Source of the DNA: Squalus acanthias
Taxonomy: Eukaryota
Assembly (NCBI GenBank): GCA_030390025.1
Contig: JASTWF010000033.1
Coordinates: 5,024,001 to 5,088,000, forward strand
Direction: 5' to 3'
DNA: 64,000 nt
Positions 13,909 through 25,529 of this stretch are shown piece by piece. A program made the translations under genes and the position numbers. Each line of letters opens with the position of its first letter. The stretch's first letter is position 1. Under the pieces are notes generated by a model, which ran no database searches, was not told the DNA's origin, and saw nothing but the letters and a program-made list of their open reading frames with translations.

Positions 13909-14226
13909 TCCCTTCCACTAATACCTTCTCTCATAGAGTTGCTACACTGAGGTCTGATTCAACAGTACACAATATTACACTAAAGGCAATAACTTCATAA
14001 CACAGCGAGTCCGTGAGTTACAAAAAGAGTTTTAATTTCAGTTGAGGCAATGGAATAAAACCTCAGAAGTAATTCAGGTCAGTTGAATAAACAAAATGTT
14101 ATCACTGATCGGGTGTCTGTATAACAGTGACCACTAGATCAGGATGTAACATTGTTAGTCTCAGAGAAAAACCAGAGACCAGCTCACACACAGATTTACA
14201 CAACTTCACTGGTTATAATCACTTAC

Positions 14227-14293
14227 CAGGAACACCAATGACGGCAATGATCATGCAGCATATTTTCAGGATACCTCCAATTGACTGATGCAT
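14227..14293 (-). CDS. Probable first coding exon of a GPR139/GPR142-like class A GPCR (MHQSIGGILKICCMIIAVIGVP + phase-1 donor)
   Basis: ATG at 14293-14291, 22 codons + 1 nt, then consensus donor G|GTAAGT (14226-14221). The hydrophobic IIAVIGVP matches the TM1 start and exon-1 end recalled for chondrichthyan GPR139-like genes. Exon 2 is not seen in the window. Confidence 0.7.
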
Positions 14294-14379
14294 TTTCTGT
14301 GTGAAGCGATGTGTCCCTTCGTGCTGTAGACAATCTCTCGGAATTATACTCTGAGGCGGGACATTCCCAGAGTCTTTCA

Positions 14380-14385
14380 TTTATA
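14380..14385 (-). promoter_or_regulatory. TATA box upstream of the GPCR-like exon
   Basis: GGTATAAATG on the minus strand, ~90 bp upstream of the ATG. Confidence 0.55.
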
Positions 14386-14811
14386 CCTGCCGGATCTCCA
14401 CGAGAACATTGAGGTTGCAACATCGCTGAATATACTACTTAAAAAACATTTGAACAAACAGATGACGACAGCCGAGTTAATTCCCTGTTGTGATGGAATA
14501 TATCTAGTGCTGAGATTGAAATTGAAAACCCCAAAGACCGGAGAATTCTGGTCACATGAATTAACTAATGACAATTGCCAGCTGTATTCTCCCAGCAATG
14601 GGGTTGTTGTTTCAAACACGACTAGGCCCATCTCCAGACCTCAGATTGTTTCAGTGATGTCCTTCACTCTGCTGTGGCCATTCAGTAATTAAATTCCAAA
14701 TGTTAGAGTGTCCTCTCAGGGCTGTTCTACTGCACTCTGGGATGGGGCTGTCAGCCTGAACTGTGGCCATTTAGTTAAACAATTAAAGTGGGAAATTTGT
14801 GTCGCTAAATC

Positions 14812-16530
14812 ATCAAACTAATACAGCCCCTCAAAATAATACAGTACCTCAAACTAGTATAGCCCCTCAAACTAATGGAGCCCCTCAATCTAATACAGAC
14901 CCTCAATCTAGTATAGATCCTCAAACTAATACAACCCCTCAAACTAATACAGTCCCTGAAAATAATACAGCCTCTCAAACTAGTATAGCCCCTCAAACTA
15001 ATACAGCACCTCAAACTAATACAGTACCTCAAACTAATACAGACCCTCAAACTAATACAGTACCTCAAACTAATACGCCCCCTCAAACTAATACAGCCCC
15101 TCAAGCTAATACAGTACCTCAAACTAATACAGACCCTTAAACTAATACAGTACCTCAAACTAATACGCCCCCTCAAACTAATACAGCCCCTCAAACTAAT
15201 ACAGCCCCTCAAACTAATACAGCCCCTCAAACTAATACAGACCCTCAAATTATTACAGGCCATTAAACTAATACACCCACTCAAACTAATACAGCCCCTC
15301 AAACTAATACAGCCCCTCAAACTAATACAGCCCCTCAAACCTATACAGCCCCTCAAACTAATACAGCTCCTCAAACTAATACAGCCCCTCAAACTAATAC
15401 AGCTCCTCAAACTAATACAGCCCCTCAAACTAATACAGCTCCTCAAACTAATACAGCCCCTCAAACTAATACAGCCACGCAATCTAATACAGCCCCTCAA
15501 ATTAATACAGGCCCTCGAACTAATACATCCACTCAAACTAATACAGCCCCTAATACTAATACAGCCCCTCAAACTAATACAGCCCCTCAAACTAATACAG
15601 CCCCTCAAACTAATACAGCCCCTCAAACTAATACAGCCCCTCAAACCTATACTGCCCCTCAAACTAATAAAGCCCCTCAAATGAATACAGCACCTCAAAC
15701 TAATACAGTACCTCAAACTAATACAGCTCCTCAAACTAATACAGCCCCTCAAACTAATACAGCCCCTCAAACTAATACAGCCCCTCAAACTAATACAGCT
15801 CCACAAACTAATACAGCCCCTCAAACTAATACAGCCCCTCAAACTAATACAGCTCCTCAAACTAATACAGCCCCTCAAACTAATACAGCCCCTCGAACTA
15901 ATACAGCCCCTCATATTAATACAGCCCCTCAAACCTATACAACCCCTCAAACTAATACAGCCCCTCAAATTAATACAGCCCCACAAACTAATACAGCCCC
16001 TCAAACTAATACAGCCCCTCATACTAATACAGCCCCTCAAACCAATACAGCCCATCAAACTAATACAGCCCATCAAACTAATACAGCACCTAAAAAAATA
16101 CAGCCCCTCAAACTAATACAGCCCCTCAAAAAAATACAGCCCCTCAAACTAATACATCACCTCAAACTAATACAGCCCCTCAAACTAATACAGCCGCTCA
16201 AACTAATACAGCCCCTCAAACTAATACAGCTCCTCAAACCTATTCAGCCCCTCAAACTAATACAACTGCTCAAACTAATACAGCTCCTCAAACCTATACA
16301 GCCCCTCAAACTAATACAGCCCCTGAAACCTATACAGCCCATCAAACTAATACAGCCCCTCAAACTAATACAGCCCCTCATACTACTACATCTCCTCAAA
16401 CCTATACAGCCCCTCAAACTAATACAGCCCCTGGAACTAATGCAGCTCCTCAAACTAATACAGCTCCTCAAACTTATGCAGCACATCAAAGTAATGCAGC
16501 TCCGTAAACTAATACAGCACCTCGAACTAG
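14812..16530. repeat. 18-bp satellite (AAACTAATACAGCCCCTC), ~1.7 kb
   Basis: Direct tandem repeats; ORF periodicity PQTNTA / RGCISL. Confidence 0.97.
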
Positions 16531-16724
16531 TAGCCAGTCCCGCCCACCAACTCTCTGGTCCAAAATCCTGTAATCTCGTATTCCCACGAAGTCACAGTGC
16601 ATGATATCTCTCTTGCCAGACAAGATTAGTTCGTTACCAGGCTGACAAAAACTGATTTTACAGATTATTTGAAGAGTTTAACAATGCGAATTCTAAATAC
16701 ATTTTTAAAAGTCTTGATTTTATT

Positions 16725-18765
16725 TCAGGAGGTGGTCACACTGTAGCTTAAGGGTGTGCAGGCAGAGAGGGAATGGGTGACCGCCAGACAGTAAATGAGG
16801 ACAAGGCAGGTAGTGCAGGAGTCCCCTGAGTGCATCTCGCTCTCTAACCGGTATTCAGTTCATTATACTGGAGAGGACGATGGTTCATCTGGCGAGTGCA
16901 GCCAGAGCCATGTCCAGAGCACCTCGGGTGGCTCAGCTGTGCAGTGGGAGGCGGGGCGGGTGGGGGGAGAAAGATCAGGAAAGCAACAGTGATAGGGGAT
17001 TGAATAGGTAGGAGAGTAGAGAAGCGTTTCTGCGGCCACAGACGTGAATCCAGCATGGTATGTTGCCTGCCTGGGGCCAGGGTCAAGGATGTCACTGAGC
17101 GGCTGAGTAACATTCTGAGATGCGAGTTTGAATAGCCAGAGGTCATTCTCCCTATCGGTACCAATGACATAATTAGAAAGAGGGATGATGTTCTGTAAGC
17201 AGATTTTAGGAATCTAGGAAAGAGATTAAAATCAGGACCTCCAAGGGTGTCATCTTCGGATTACTCCCGGTGACTGTGCTGGTGAGTATAGAAATAGGAG
17301 GACAGAGCAGATGAATGCGTGGCTGTGGAAATTGTACAGGAGTGAGTGTTTTATATTCCTGGGAAATTGGGACCGGTTCTCGGCGAGGTGGGACCTGTAC
17401 AGGCCTGAGAGGTTGCACCTCAACAGGGCCGAAATCAATCGCCTCGACGGTGCGGGGGGTATTGCTCGTGCTGTTGTGGAGGTTTTAAACTAATTTGGGA
17501 GGGGGTGGGCACCAGGCTGTAGCTTTAGAAAGGAGAAACAAGGTGCACAAAGGATTGGGAGAGACAGATGGCACAAGACTAATAAATAATAAGGTATTGG
17601 CCTAGAAATTCGGGTGGCCGGTTTGCCGCGTGGGTAAGGATTGCGCGCGCTCTGACCCACCGCGCCTGCCGTTGTGTTTCGGGTCTACAGGAACTTCGGG
17701 TCCTGGGCCTCTCCCTGGTGCCGGCGAGCAGTGCTTGCGTGTTCCAGCGACGCAGTTGGTGCGATGCGACCCCTAGGATCACGTGAGCCATGGAGAGCCA
17801 ATGGCAGCACACCATCTTTCATTCATAAATTTGACAGGAGACCTGTCAAATCTGTGAATTGAAATCGGCCCCAAAAGAACAGCTGAACCTCAAATAAATT
17901 TTTAAAAACCATCACATTAATAAAATAACTATAGTTAAATAAATTAAACACTTTAAACAAACATTTTAGTTTTTGAAAAAATTTAAATACTTTTTAAATG
18001 TTAGAAGAATAAACTTACCTTTCTTTAAAGTCTCTAAAAAAGATAAACCTGCTGAAAACATTTTAAAATTATACTTAATTAACTACTTACCTTGTTCAAA
18101 AGGGGTCTTACGCCTCCTTTTTACTTGCGTAGAATCTTCACTACTTCCCCTCGCGTTGAAACCTGAAATAAAACCTTAGTGTGCTGCGTGCGCGCAGCCT
18201 CTAGTGCGCACGCGGCTCACCTTGGAACCGCCCCCGATGCCATACCGGAAGTGCCGGTTTCCCGCGCATGTGCAGTACATGCAGGAAACCGGCACTTCGG
18301 GAATGAATACGGGTGAGTTCACAGTCGGTACTCACCCGAGAACGGCCGAATTTTTGGGCCATTATGTGGGGTCAGACTAAGAGAATACAATACAGGCTTA
18401 CAGTGCATGTGGGTAAATGCATGAAGTGTGATAAATAAGGTTGGTGAGCTGCAGGCGCAAATAGCCACATGGGAAATTGATTTCATGGTGAAAACGGAGA
18501 CATGGCTCAAAAAAGGGCAGGATTGGTTACTAAATATTCCTGGGTAGAAGGTGTTCAGGAAAGAAAAGGAATGGAAGAAAGTAGGAGGTGTGGCAGCATT
18601 GATTCAGGAGAATGTTACAGTGCTGGAGAGAGAGGATGTCCTGGAGGGGTCAAGGACAGAATCTATTTGTTTAGAGTTAAGAACTAATAGAGGTGCCATT
18701 ACATGACTAGGTGTATTTTATAGAACAGCAACTAATGGGAAACATATAGAGAAGCAAACATGCTA
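16725..18765 (+). mobile_element. Degenerate CR1 5' part (ORF1 esterase to ORF2 endonuclease start), interrupted by a MITE
   Basis: VVQESPECISLSNRYS, VCCLPGARVKDV and MNAWL..RWDLY ORF1 motifs; endonuclease-like NKVGELQAQIATWE after 18430. Confidence 0.8.
17599..18360. mobile_element. Non-autonomous DNA transposon (MITE, PIF/Harbinger-like), 3-bp TSD ATT
   Basis: Termini GGCCTAGAAATTCGG / CCGAATTTTTGGGCC; ATT on both sides; homologous in inverted orientation to 52753-53505. Confidence 0.85.
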
Positions 18766-18769
18766 AACA

Positions 18770-21700
18770 GCGGAAGCAGCATGTTATAGACACTGCTAAG
18801 GGATTCCACAATCAAAGGATCAGAACAAAGCTCTGCAGTCCTGCCACATCCAGTCGTGAATTTTGGTGGACCATTAAACAGCTAACGGGAGGATGAGGCT
18901 CCAGGAATATCCCCAAACACAATTAGTGCAAAAGACAAGACTGAAGCGTTTGGAACCATCGAAGCCAAACGTGCCAAGTGGATGATCCATATCGGCCTCC
19001 TTCTGAGGTGCCCAACATCACAGAACCCAGTTTTCAGTCAATTGGATTCACTCCACGTGATAACAAGAAAAGGCTGAGCGCACTGGATACAGCAAAAGTT
19101 ATCGGCCTGACAACATCCCGGATGTCGTGCTGAAGACTTGTGCTCCAGAACTAGCCGCAACTCTAGCCTAGCTGCTCCAGTACAGCTACAACACTTGCAT
19201 TTACCCGACAATGTGGAAAACTGCCCAGATATATCATGTCGACAAAAAGCAGGGCAAATACAATCCGACAAATTACCACCCCATCAGTCCACTCTCAATC
19301 ATTAGTAAAATGATGGAAGGTATCATCGATAGTGCTATCAATCGGCACTTACTCTGCAATAAGCTGCTCACCAACGCTCAGTTCAGGTTCCGCCAGGATC
19401 AATCGGCTCCAGAACTCATTACAACTTTTGTCCAAACATAGCCAATAGAGCTGAATTCCGGAGTTGAGGTGAGAGTGACTGCCCTTGAAATCAAGGCAGC
19501 ATTTGACCGACTATGACATCAAGGAGCCCCAGGTAAATTGAGGTCAATGGGAATCGGGGCGGGGGGGGGGGACCGCTCCACTGGCCGGAGACATACCGAG
19601 CACAAAGGAAAATGGTTGTGGTGGTTGAAGGTCATTCATCACCGCCCCAGAACTTCGCTGCAGGAGTTCTTAACGGCAGAGTTATAGGCCCAACCATCTT
19701 CAGCTGCTTCATCAATGGCCTTCCCTCCAATATAAGGTCAGAAATGGGGATGTTCGCTGATGACAGGAAGGAGAAAAGCAAAAGTGGAAGGCAGAGAAAT
19801 CAGGGGAGTAAATCAAACAGGGCCACAGTAAATAATAATTCTAAAAGGACTAAGAGTGTTAATGCAATGAGCATTCGTAATAAGATGGATGAATTAGCTG
19901 CACAAATAGATGTAAACAGATATGATATAATTGGGATTACGGAGACATGGCTCCAGGATGACCAAGTCTGGGAATTCAACATGCAGGGTTATTCAATATT
20001 CAGGAAGGACAGTAAAAAAGGAAAAGGAGGTGAGGTAGCAATCCTGGTTAAAGAGGAGATTAACACAATAGTAAGGAAGGATATTAGCTCTGATGATGTG
20101 GAATCTGTATGGGCAGAGCTGAGAAATACCATGGGGCAGAAAACGTTAGTGGGAGTTGTATACAGACCCCCAAACAGTAATGCAGAGTTTGGGAATGGCA
20201 TTAAACGGGATATTAGAGACGCGTGCAATAAGGGCACAGCAGTTATTATGGTTGACTTTAATCTACATATAGATTGGTCTAACCAAATTAGTAACAATAC
20301 TGTGGAGGAGGAATTCCTAGAGTCTATACGGGATGGTTTCCTGGAACAATATGTCGAAGAACCAACGAGAGATCAGGCCATCTTAGACTGGGTGTTATGT
20401 AACGAGAAAGGATTAATTAGCAATCTTGTTGTGCGAGGCCTCTTGGGGAGGAGCGATCACAATATGATAGAATTCTTCATTAAAATGGAGAGTGAAGTAG
20501 TTGATTCAGAGACTAGGATCCTGAATTTAAATAAAGGAGACTACGATGGTCTGAGGCACGAGTTGGCTAGGACGGATTGGGAAACGTTACTTAAAGGGTT
20601 GACGCTGGATAGGCAATGGCAAAGATTTAAAGATCACATGGATGAATACAGAATTTGTTCATCGCTCTTTGGCATAAAAATAAGACAAAAAATGTGACTC
20701 AACCGTGGCTAACAAGGGAAATTAGGAATAGCTTAAGATCCAAGGAGAGGGCATATAATTTGGCCAGATAAAGCAGCAAACCTGAGGATTGGGAGCAGTT
20801 TAGGATTCAGCAAAGGAGGACAAAGGGGTTAATTAAGAGGGGGAAAATTGATTGTGAGAGTAAGCTTGTAGGGAACATAAAACTGACTGTAAAACCGTCT
20901 ATAGATATTTAAAGAGACAAAGATTTGTGAAGTCAAGCGTAGGTCCCTTGCAGTCAGAATCAGGGGAATTTATAATGGGGAACAAAGACATGGTGAGCAA
21001 ATAAACACATGCTTTGGTTCTGTCTTCACAAAGGAGGACACAAATAACCTCCCAGAGATGTCGGGGAACATAGGGTCCAATGCGACGGAGGGATTGAATG
21101 TAATCAGTATTTGAAGGGAAATGGTGTTAGGGACATTGATGGGATAGAAGTCCGATAAATCCCCTGGGCCTGATAATCTACATCCTAGGGTACTTCAGGA
21201 AGTGGCCCTAGAAAAAGTAGATGCATTGCCGGTCATCTTCCAAAATTGTACATAATCTGGAACAGTTCCCATGGATTGGAGGATAAAAGATGTAATAACG
21301 GAGCACTTGGAAAACAGTGACAGGATCGGACAAAGTCAACATGGATTTACAAAAGTTAAATCATGCTTGACTAATCAACTGGAATTTTTTGAGGATGTAA
21401 TTGGTAGAATAGATAAGGGAGAGCCAGTGGATGTGGTGTATTTGGACTTTCAGAAGGCTTTCGATAAGGTCCCGCATAAGAGATTAGCGTGGAAAGTTCA
21501 ATCACACGGGATTGGGGGTAAGGTACTGTCTTGGATAGAGAACTGGTTGGCAGACAGGAATGAAGAGTTGGAATAAACCAGTCTTTTTCTGAGTGGCAGG
21601 CAGTGACAGGTGGCGTATTGCAGGGATCGGCGCTAGCACCCCAGCTATTCACAATATATATAAATGATCTAGACGAGGGAACTAGATGTAATATCTCCAA

Positions 21701-23537
21701 GTTTGCAGACGACACAAAGCTGGGTGGGCGTGTGTGCTGTGAGGAGGATGCAGAGAAACTCCAGTATGATTCGGACAGGTTGGACATTGGGCAGAAGCAT
21801 TGCAAATGCAGTATAATGTGGATAAATGCGAGATTATGCACTTTGGTGGCAAAAACAGGAAGACAGATTATTATCTGAGCAGCAATAGATTGGGAAAAGG
21901 GGAAGTGCAACGAGACCTGGGTGTCCTTGTGCACCAGGTGCTGAATGTAAGCATGCAGGTGCAGCATGCGGTTAAGAAGGCAAATGGTAAGTTGGCCTTC
22001 ATAGCGAGAGGATTCGAGTGCAGGAGCAAGGATGTCTTGCTGCAGTTGTACAGGGCCTTGGTGAGACCACACATTGAATATTGTTTGCAGTTTTGATCAA
22101 CTTATCTGAGGAAGGATGTTCTTGCCATGGAGAGAGTGCAGTGATGATTCACCAGACTGATACCTGGGATGGCAGGAATGATGTATGAGTATAGATTGGG
22201 TCGATTAGGCTTATATTCAGTAGAGTTTAGAAGAATGAGAGGGGATCTCATTGAAACATATAATATTCTAACAGGACTAGACAGACTAGATGCAGGAAGT
22301 ATGTCCCCGATGGCGGGGTAGTCCAGAACCAGGGGTCACAGTCTAAGGATATGTGGTAAGCCATTTAGGACTGAGTTGAGGAGGAATTTCTTCACCCAGA
22401 GAGTGGTGAACCTGTGGAATTCTCTGCTACACAAGGCAGTTGAGGCCAATTCATTACATATATTCAAGAAGGAGTTACATATATTTCTTAAGGCTACGGG
22501 GATCAAGGAATATGGGGAGAAAGCTGGGACAGGGTACTGAATTTGGATGATCAGCCATGATCTCATTGAATGGCGGAACAGGCCCGAGGGGACGAATGGC
22601 CTACTCCTGCTCCTATCTTTTATGTTTCTATATTTCTATGTTTCTATGTCTGCACAGTGTTCAGCGCCATTCACAACTCCTCAGATAATGAATCAGTCCA
22701 TGCCCGCATGCAACAAGACCTGGACAACGTTCGGTCTTTTGCTGATAAGTGGCAGGTAACAATCGCACCACACAAATGCCAGGCAATGACTATCTCCAAC
22801 AAGCTAAAGTCTAACTACCTCCCTTTGACATCCAACGGCATTACCATCGCCGAATCCCCCACCATCAACATCCTGGGGGTCACCATTGACCAGAAAGTTA
22901 AATGGACCAGCCACTTAAATACTTTGGCAACAAGAGCAGGTCAAAGGCTATGTATTCTGCGGCGAGTGTCTCACCTCCTTACTCCCAAAAGCCTTTCCAC
23001 CATCTACAAGGCACAAATAAGGGGTGTGATGGAATAGTCTCCACTTGTATGGATGTGTGCAGCTCCAACAACACTGTAGAACTAGGACAACATCCAGGAA
23101 AAAGCAGCCCGCTTGATTGGCTCCCCATCCACCACCTTAAACATTCACTCCCTGCACCACCGGCGTACCGTGGCTGCAGTGTGTACCATCTACAAGATGC
23201 ACTGCAGCAACTCACCAAGGCTTCTTAGGCAGCACCTTTGAAAACCGCGAACTCTCCCACCTTGAAGGACAAGGGCAGCAGGCGCATGGGAACACCACCA
23301 CCTCCAAGTTACCCTCCAAGTCACACATCATTCTGACTTAGAAGAATATCGCCGCTCCTTCAACGTCGCAGGGTCAAAATCCTGGAACCGCCTAGCTAAC
23401 CCCCTACCCTTCACCAGACGGACTGCAGCGGTTCAAGAAGGCCGCGCACCACCACCTTCTCAAGGGCATTTAGGGATGGGCACTAAATGCTGGCATTGTC
23501 AGCGAAGCCCACATCCCGTAAACGAACAAAAAAAAAA
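18770..23537 (+). mobile_element. Second LINE family (poly-A tail), split by a CR1 insertion
   Basis: NPTNYHPISPLSIISKMMEG and GPTIFSCFIN..GMFADD (to ~19763); resumes CTVFSAIHNSSD at ~22650; A-rich end at 23521-23537. Confidence 0.85.
19764..22649 (+). mobile_element. CR1 LINE (ORF2 endonuclease + RT, disrupted) nested in the other LINE
   Basis: NAMSIRNKMDEL, GITETWL, VGVVYRPP, SDHNMIEF, YLDFQKAFDKV, KFADDTK; tail at 22615-22648. Confidence 0.93.
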
Positions 23538-24019
23538 TTCACGGCATCACCCCTTAAAAAGATAGTATCAGGCTTAAAAAGTGAAGCGTAGATTTACTAG
23601 AGTGCTACAATTACAATGGGAGATTACACAAACTACGGTTGTATTCCCTGGAATTTGGAAGCTTAAGTGGTGATTTGATTGAAGTATTCACGATATTAAG
23701 GGGACATAGCCTCAACATTATTTCCAAGCCTTTCAGGAGTGAAGTTAGGAAAGACTTCTACATGGAATGAGTGGTAGAAATTTGTAACTCTCTTCCACAA
23801 ACAATAGTTGAAGCTGGGTCAATTGTCAACTTTGATTGATATATTTTTGTTAACCAAAGGGCTTAAGGGATCTGGAGCAAAGAGATGGAAACAGAGTTAG
23901 GTCACAGATCTAATTGAATGGCAGAAAGGCTCGAGCGGTTAAAAGGCCTACTCCTGTTACTATTCTCATTGTTAAAGGATCAGAACACGAATGTACAGAT
24001 GATTACCGCGATTTAAAAG

Positions 24020-24084
24020 CAGCGCTTGGAACCCTGAACCCTCAGATTAAAAGTCTGATGCTCCACCGACTAAGCTACCCGTGC
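24020..24084 (-). pseudogene. tRNA-Lys(TTT) pseudogene, 3' end damaged
   Basis: Reverse complement reads GCACGGGTAGCTTAGTCGGTGGAGCATCAGACTTTTAATCTGAGGGTTCAGGGTTC. Confidence 0.85.
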
Positions 24085-25194
24085 TTTTGTTGGCTAAAGC
24101 GCAGAAAAGGACTTTCATTTGCTGCCGTGCTTCATTGTAGCCTCGGCAAATTACATTTCTTGTCCAGTAATCCAGCCTGTGCAGCGCATTTCTCTCACAA
24201 ATCCAGACTGACTGCCTCAAACCTGCTTCAATTCAGAAATATTCTCCCTCCCACAAACGACACGCTCTTTAGCAGCAGCGTCAGATGTGACAAGTGCCGT
24301 CCCCCAGATATCCGTATTGGATCTTCAACTTTTAACCGTATTTATAATTGACTTGGATGGGACAATAGAGCGCTGTAGATCCAAGTTTGAAGATTGCACT
24401 AAGTTAGGAGGCACGGTAGTAGTGCAAATGGGAACGTGGAGGTAACTAAAGGGGCAGAGACAGACGATGTAAGCGGGCAAAACAATGGCAAATCGAGTTC
24501 AGTGTGCGCAAGTGTGACACCATCCACTTTGGAACAAAGTAAGATAGTTCGGAGGATTTTCTAAATGCACGCATACACACACTTTTAGAGATGTCCAAAA
24601 GTGCTTCACAGAGGTTTAGTCAAAACTTGGATGCCAAACCCCAAAAAGGAGCTATTAATGTTCCCAAAAGACTGCTGAAAGATCTCGGTTTATGGAGCGT
24701 GTGAAAGGAAGCGACGGAGAGGTCCAGGTGGAGGGCTTTAGGCAGGGAATTCCAGAGCATGACGCCTACACTAATATTGTATCATTTTCTCATGTGCTTG
24801 TTATCGGGCCGCAGTGTCACCAAATTTACATTAACAGATATGAAGTTATTACATGCGGGTAAATTATCATTAAAATGGACCAACATGTTCTGAATTGTTA
24901 CCCGAATCCCAGCCACAAAGTAAATGTAGCCTCACACGGTTGCAGTTCTATATATGTATACATGGAATCAGTTCCCATTAGTTCATTTTAATGGAGGAAC
25001 ATGATCCATCTACAATGTTTTATAAATCATTTTATTTGAAATGAGTACTCGTGAAAGTGTTTGAGTGGGAATGCATTGGATAACAGCGCAGCTGCCAATG
25101 GTTGCGGAATATTTTTTGTGCACCCAAAGCGCACATTGACAACTTGAAACAGTTTGGAACTGAATCCTTAAGGGAAATAAAACAGTTCAAGGTT

Positions 25195-25263
25195 CTGTGC
25201 ATGGGCGGGTTCGAATCGCCAACTTTTACGGTTAAAGACGCTATCCGAGTGCACTGCAGAGAC
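25195..25263 (-). pseudogene. Highly decayed tRNA-Asn pseudogene
   Basis: Positional paralogue of 36087-36160 in the duplicated spacer; begins GTCTCTG and retains GTTGGCGATTCGAACCCGCCCA. Confidence 0.65.
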
Positions 25264-25529
25264 TAGTGCCAGCTAATATAAGACGCCCTGAACCAGGGTG
25301 TCAGTGAATTAAACCTTCAGATTGCTCGGATCAGGATGCAACTTGTCCACTATCAGTTTTACTGTTAAAATAAAGGGTGGGATATTGATTGTGGATAATT
25401 GCAGCAGTCTGGTCCCGCACACAGCAGACACATAAATGTCACCGCCAACCAGCTCTCCCGCAACTGGCGCGGTCTCACATCCAGACTTGTCTGTGACGAA
25501 GTATTCTGATTGTCTCGAAGCCGGTATTA

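Noticed and set aside
14799..16604. ORFs with PQTNTA / RGCISL repeats
   Set aside because: Translation of the second 18-bp satellite.
19612..20697. 361-aa RT-endonuclease fusion ORF
   Set aside because: Chance in-frame junction of nested LINEs.
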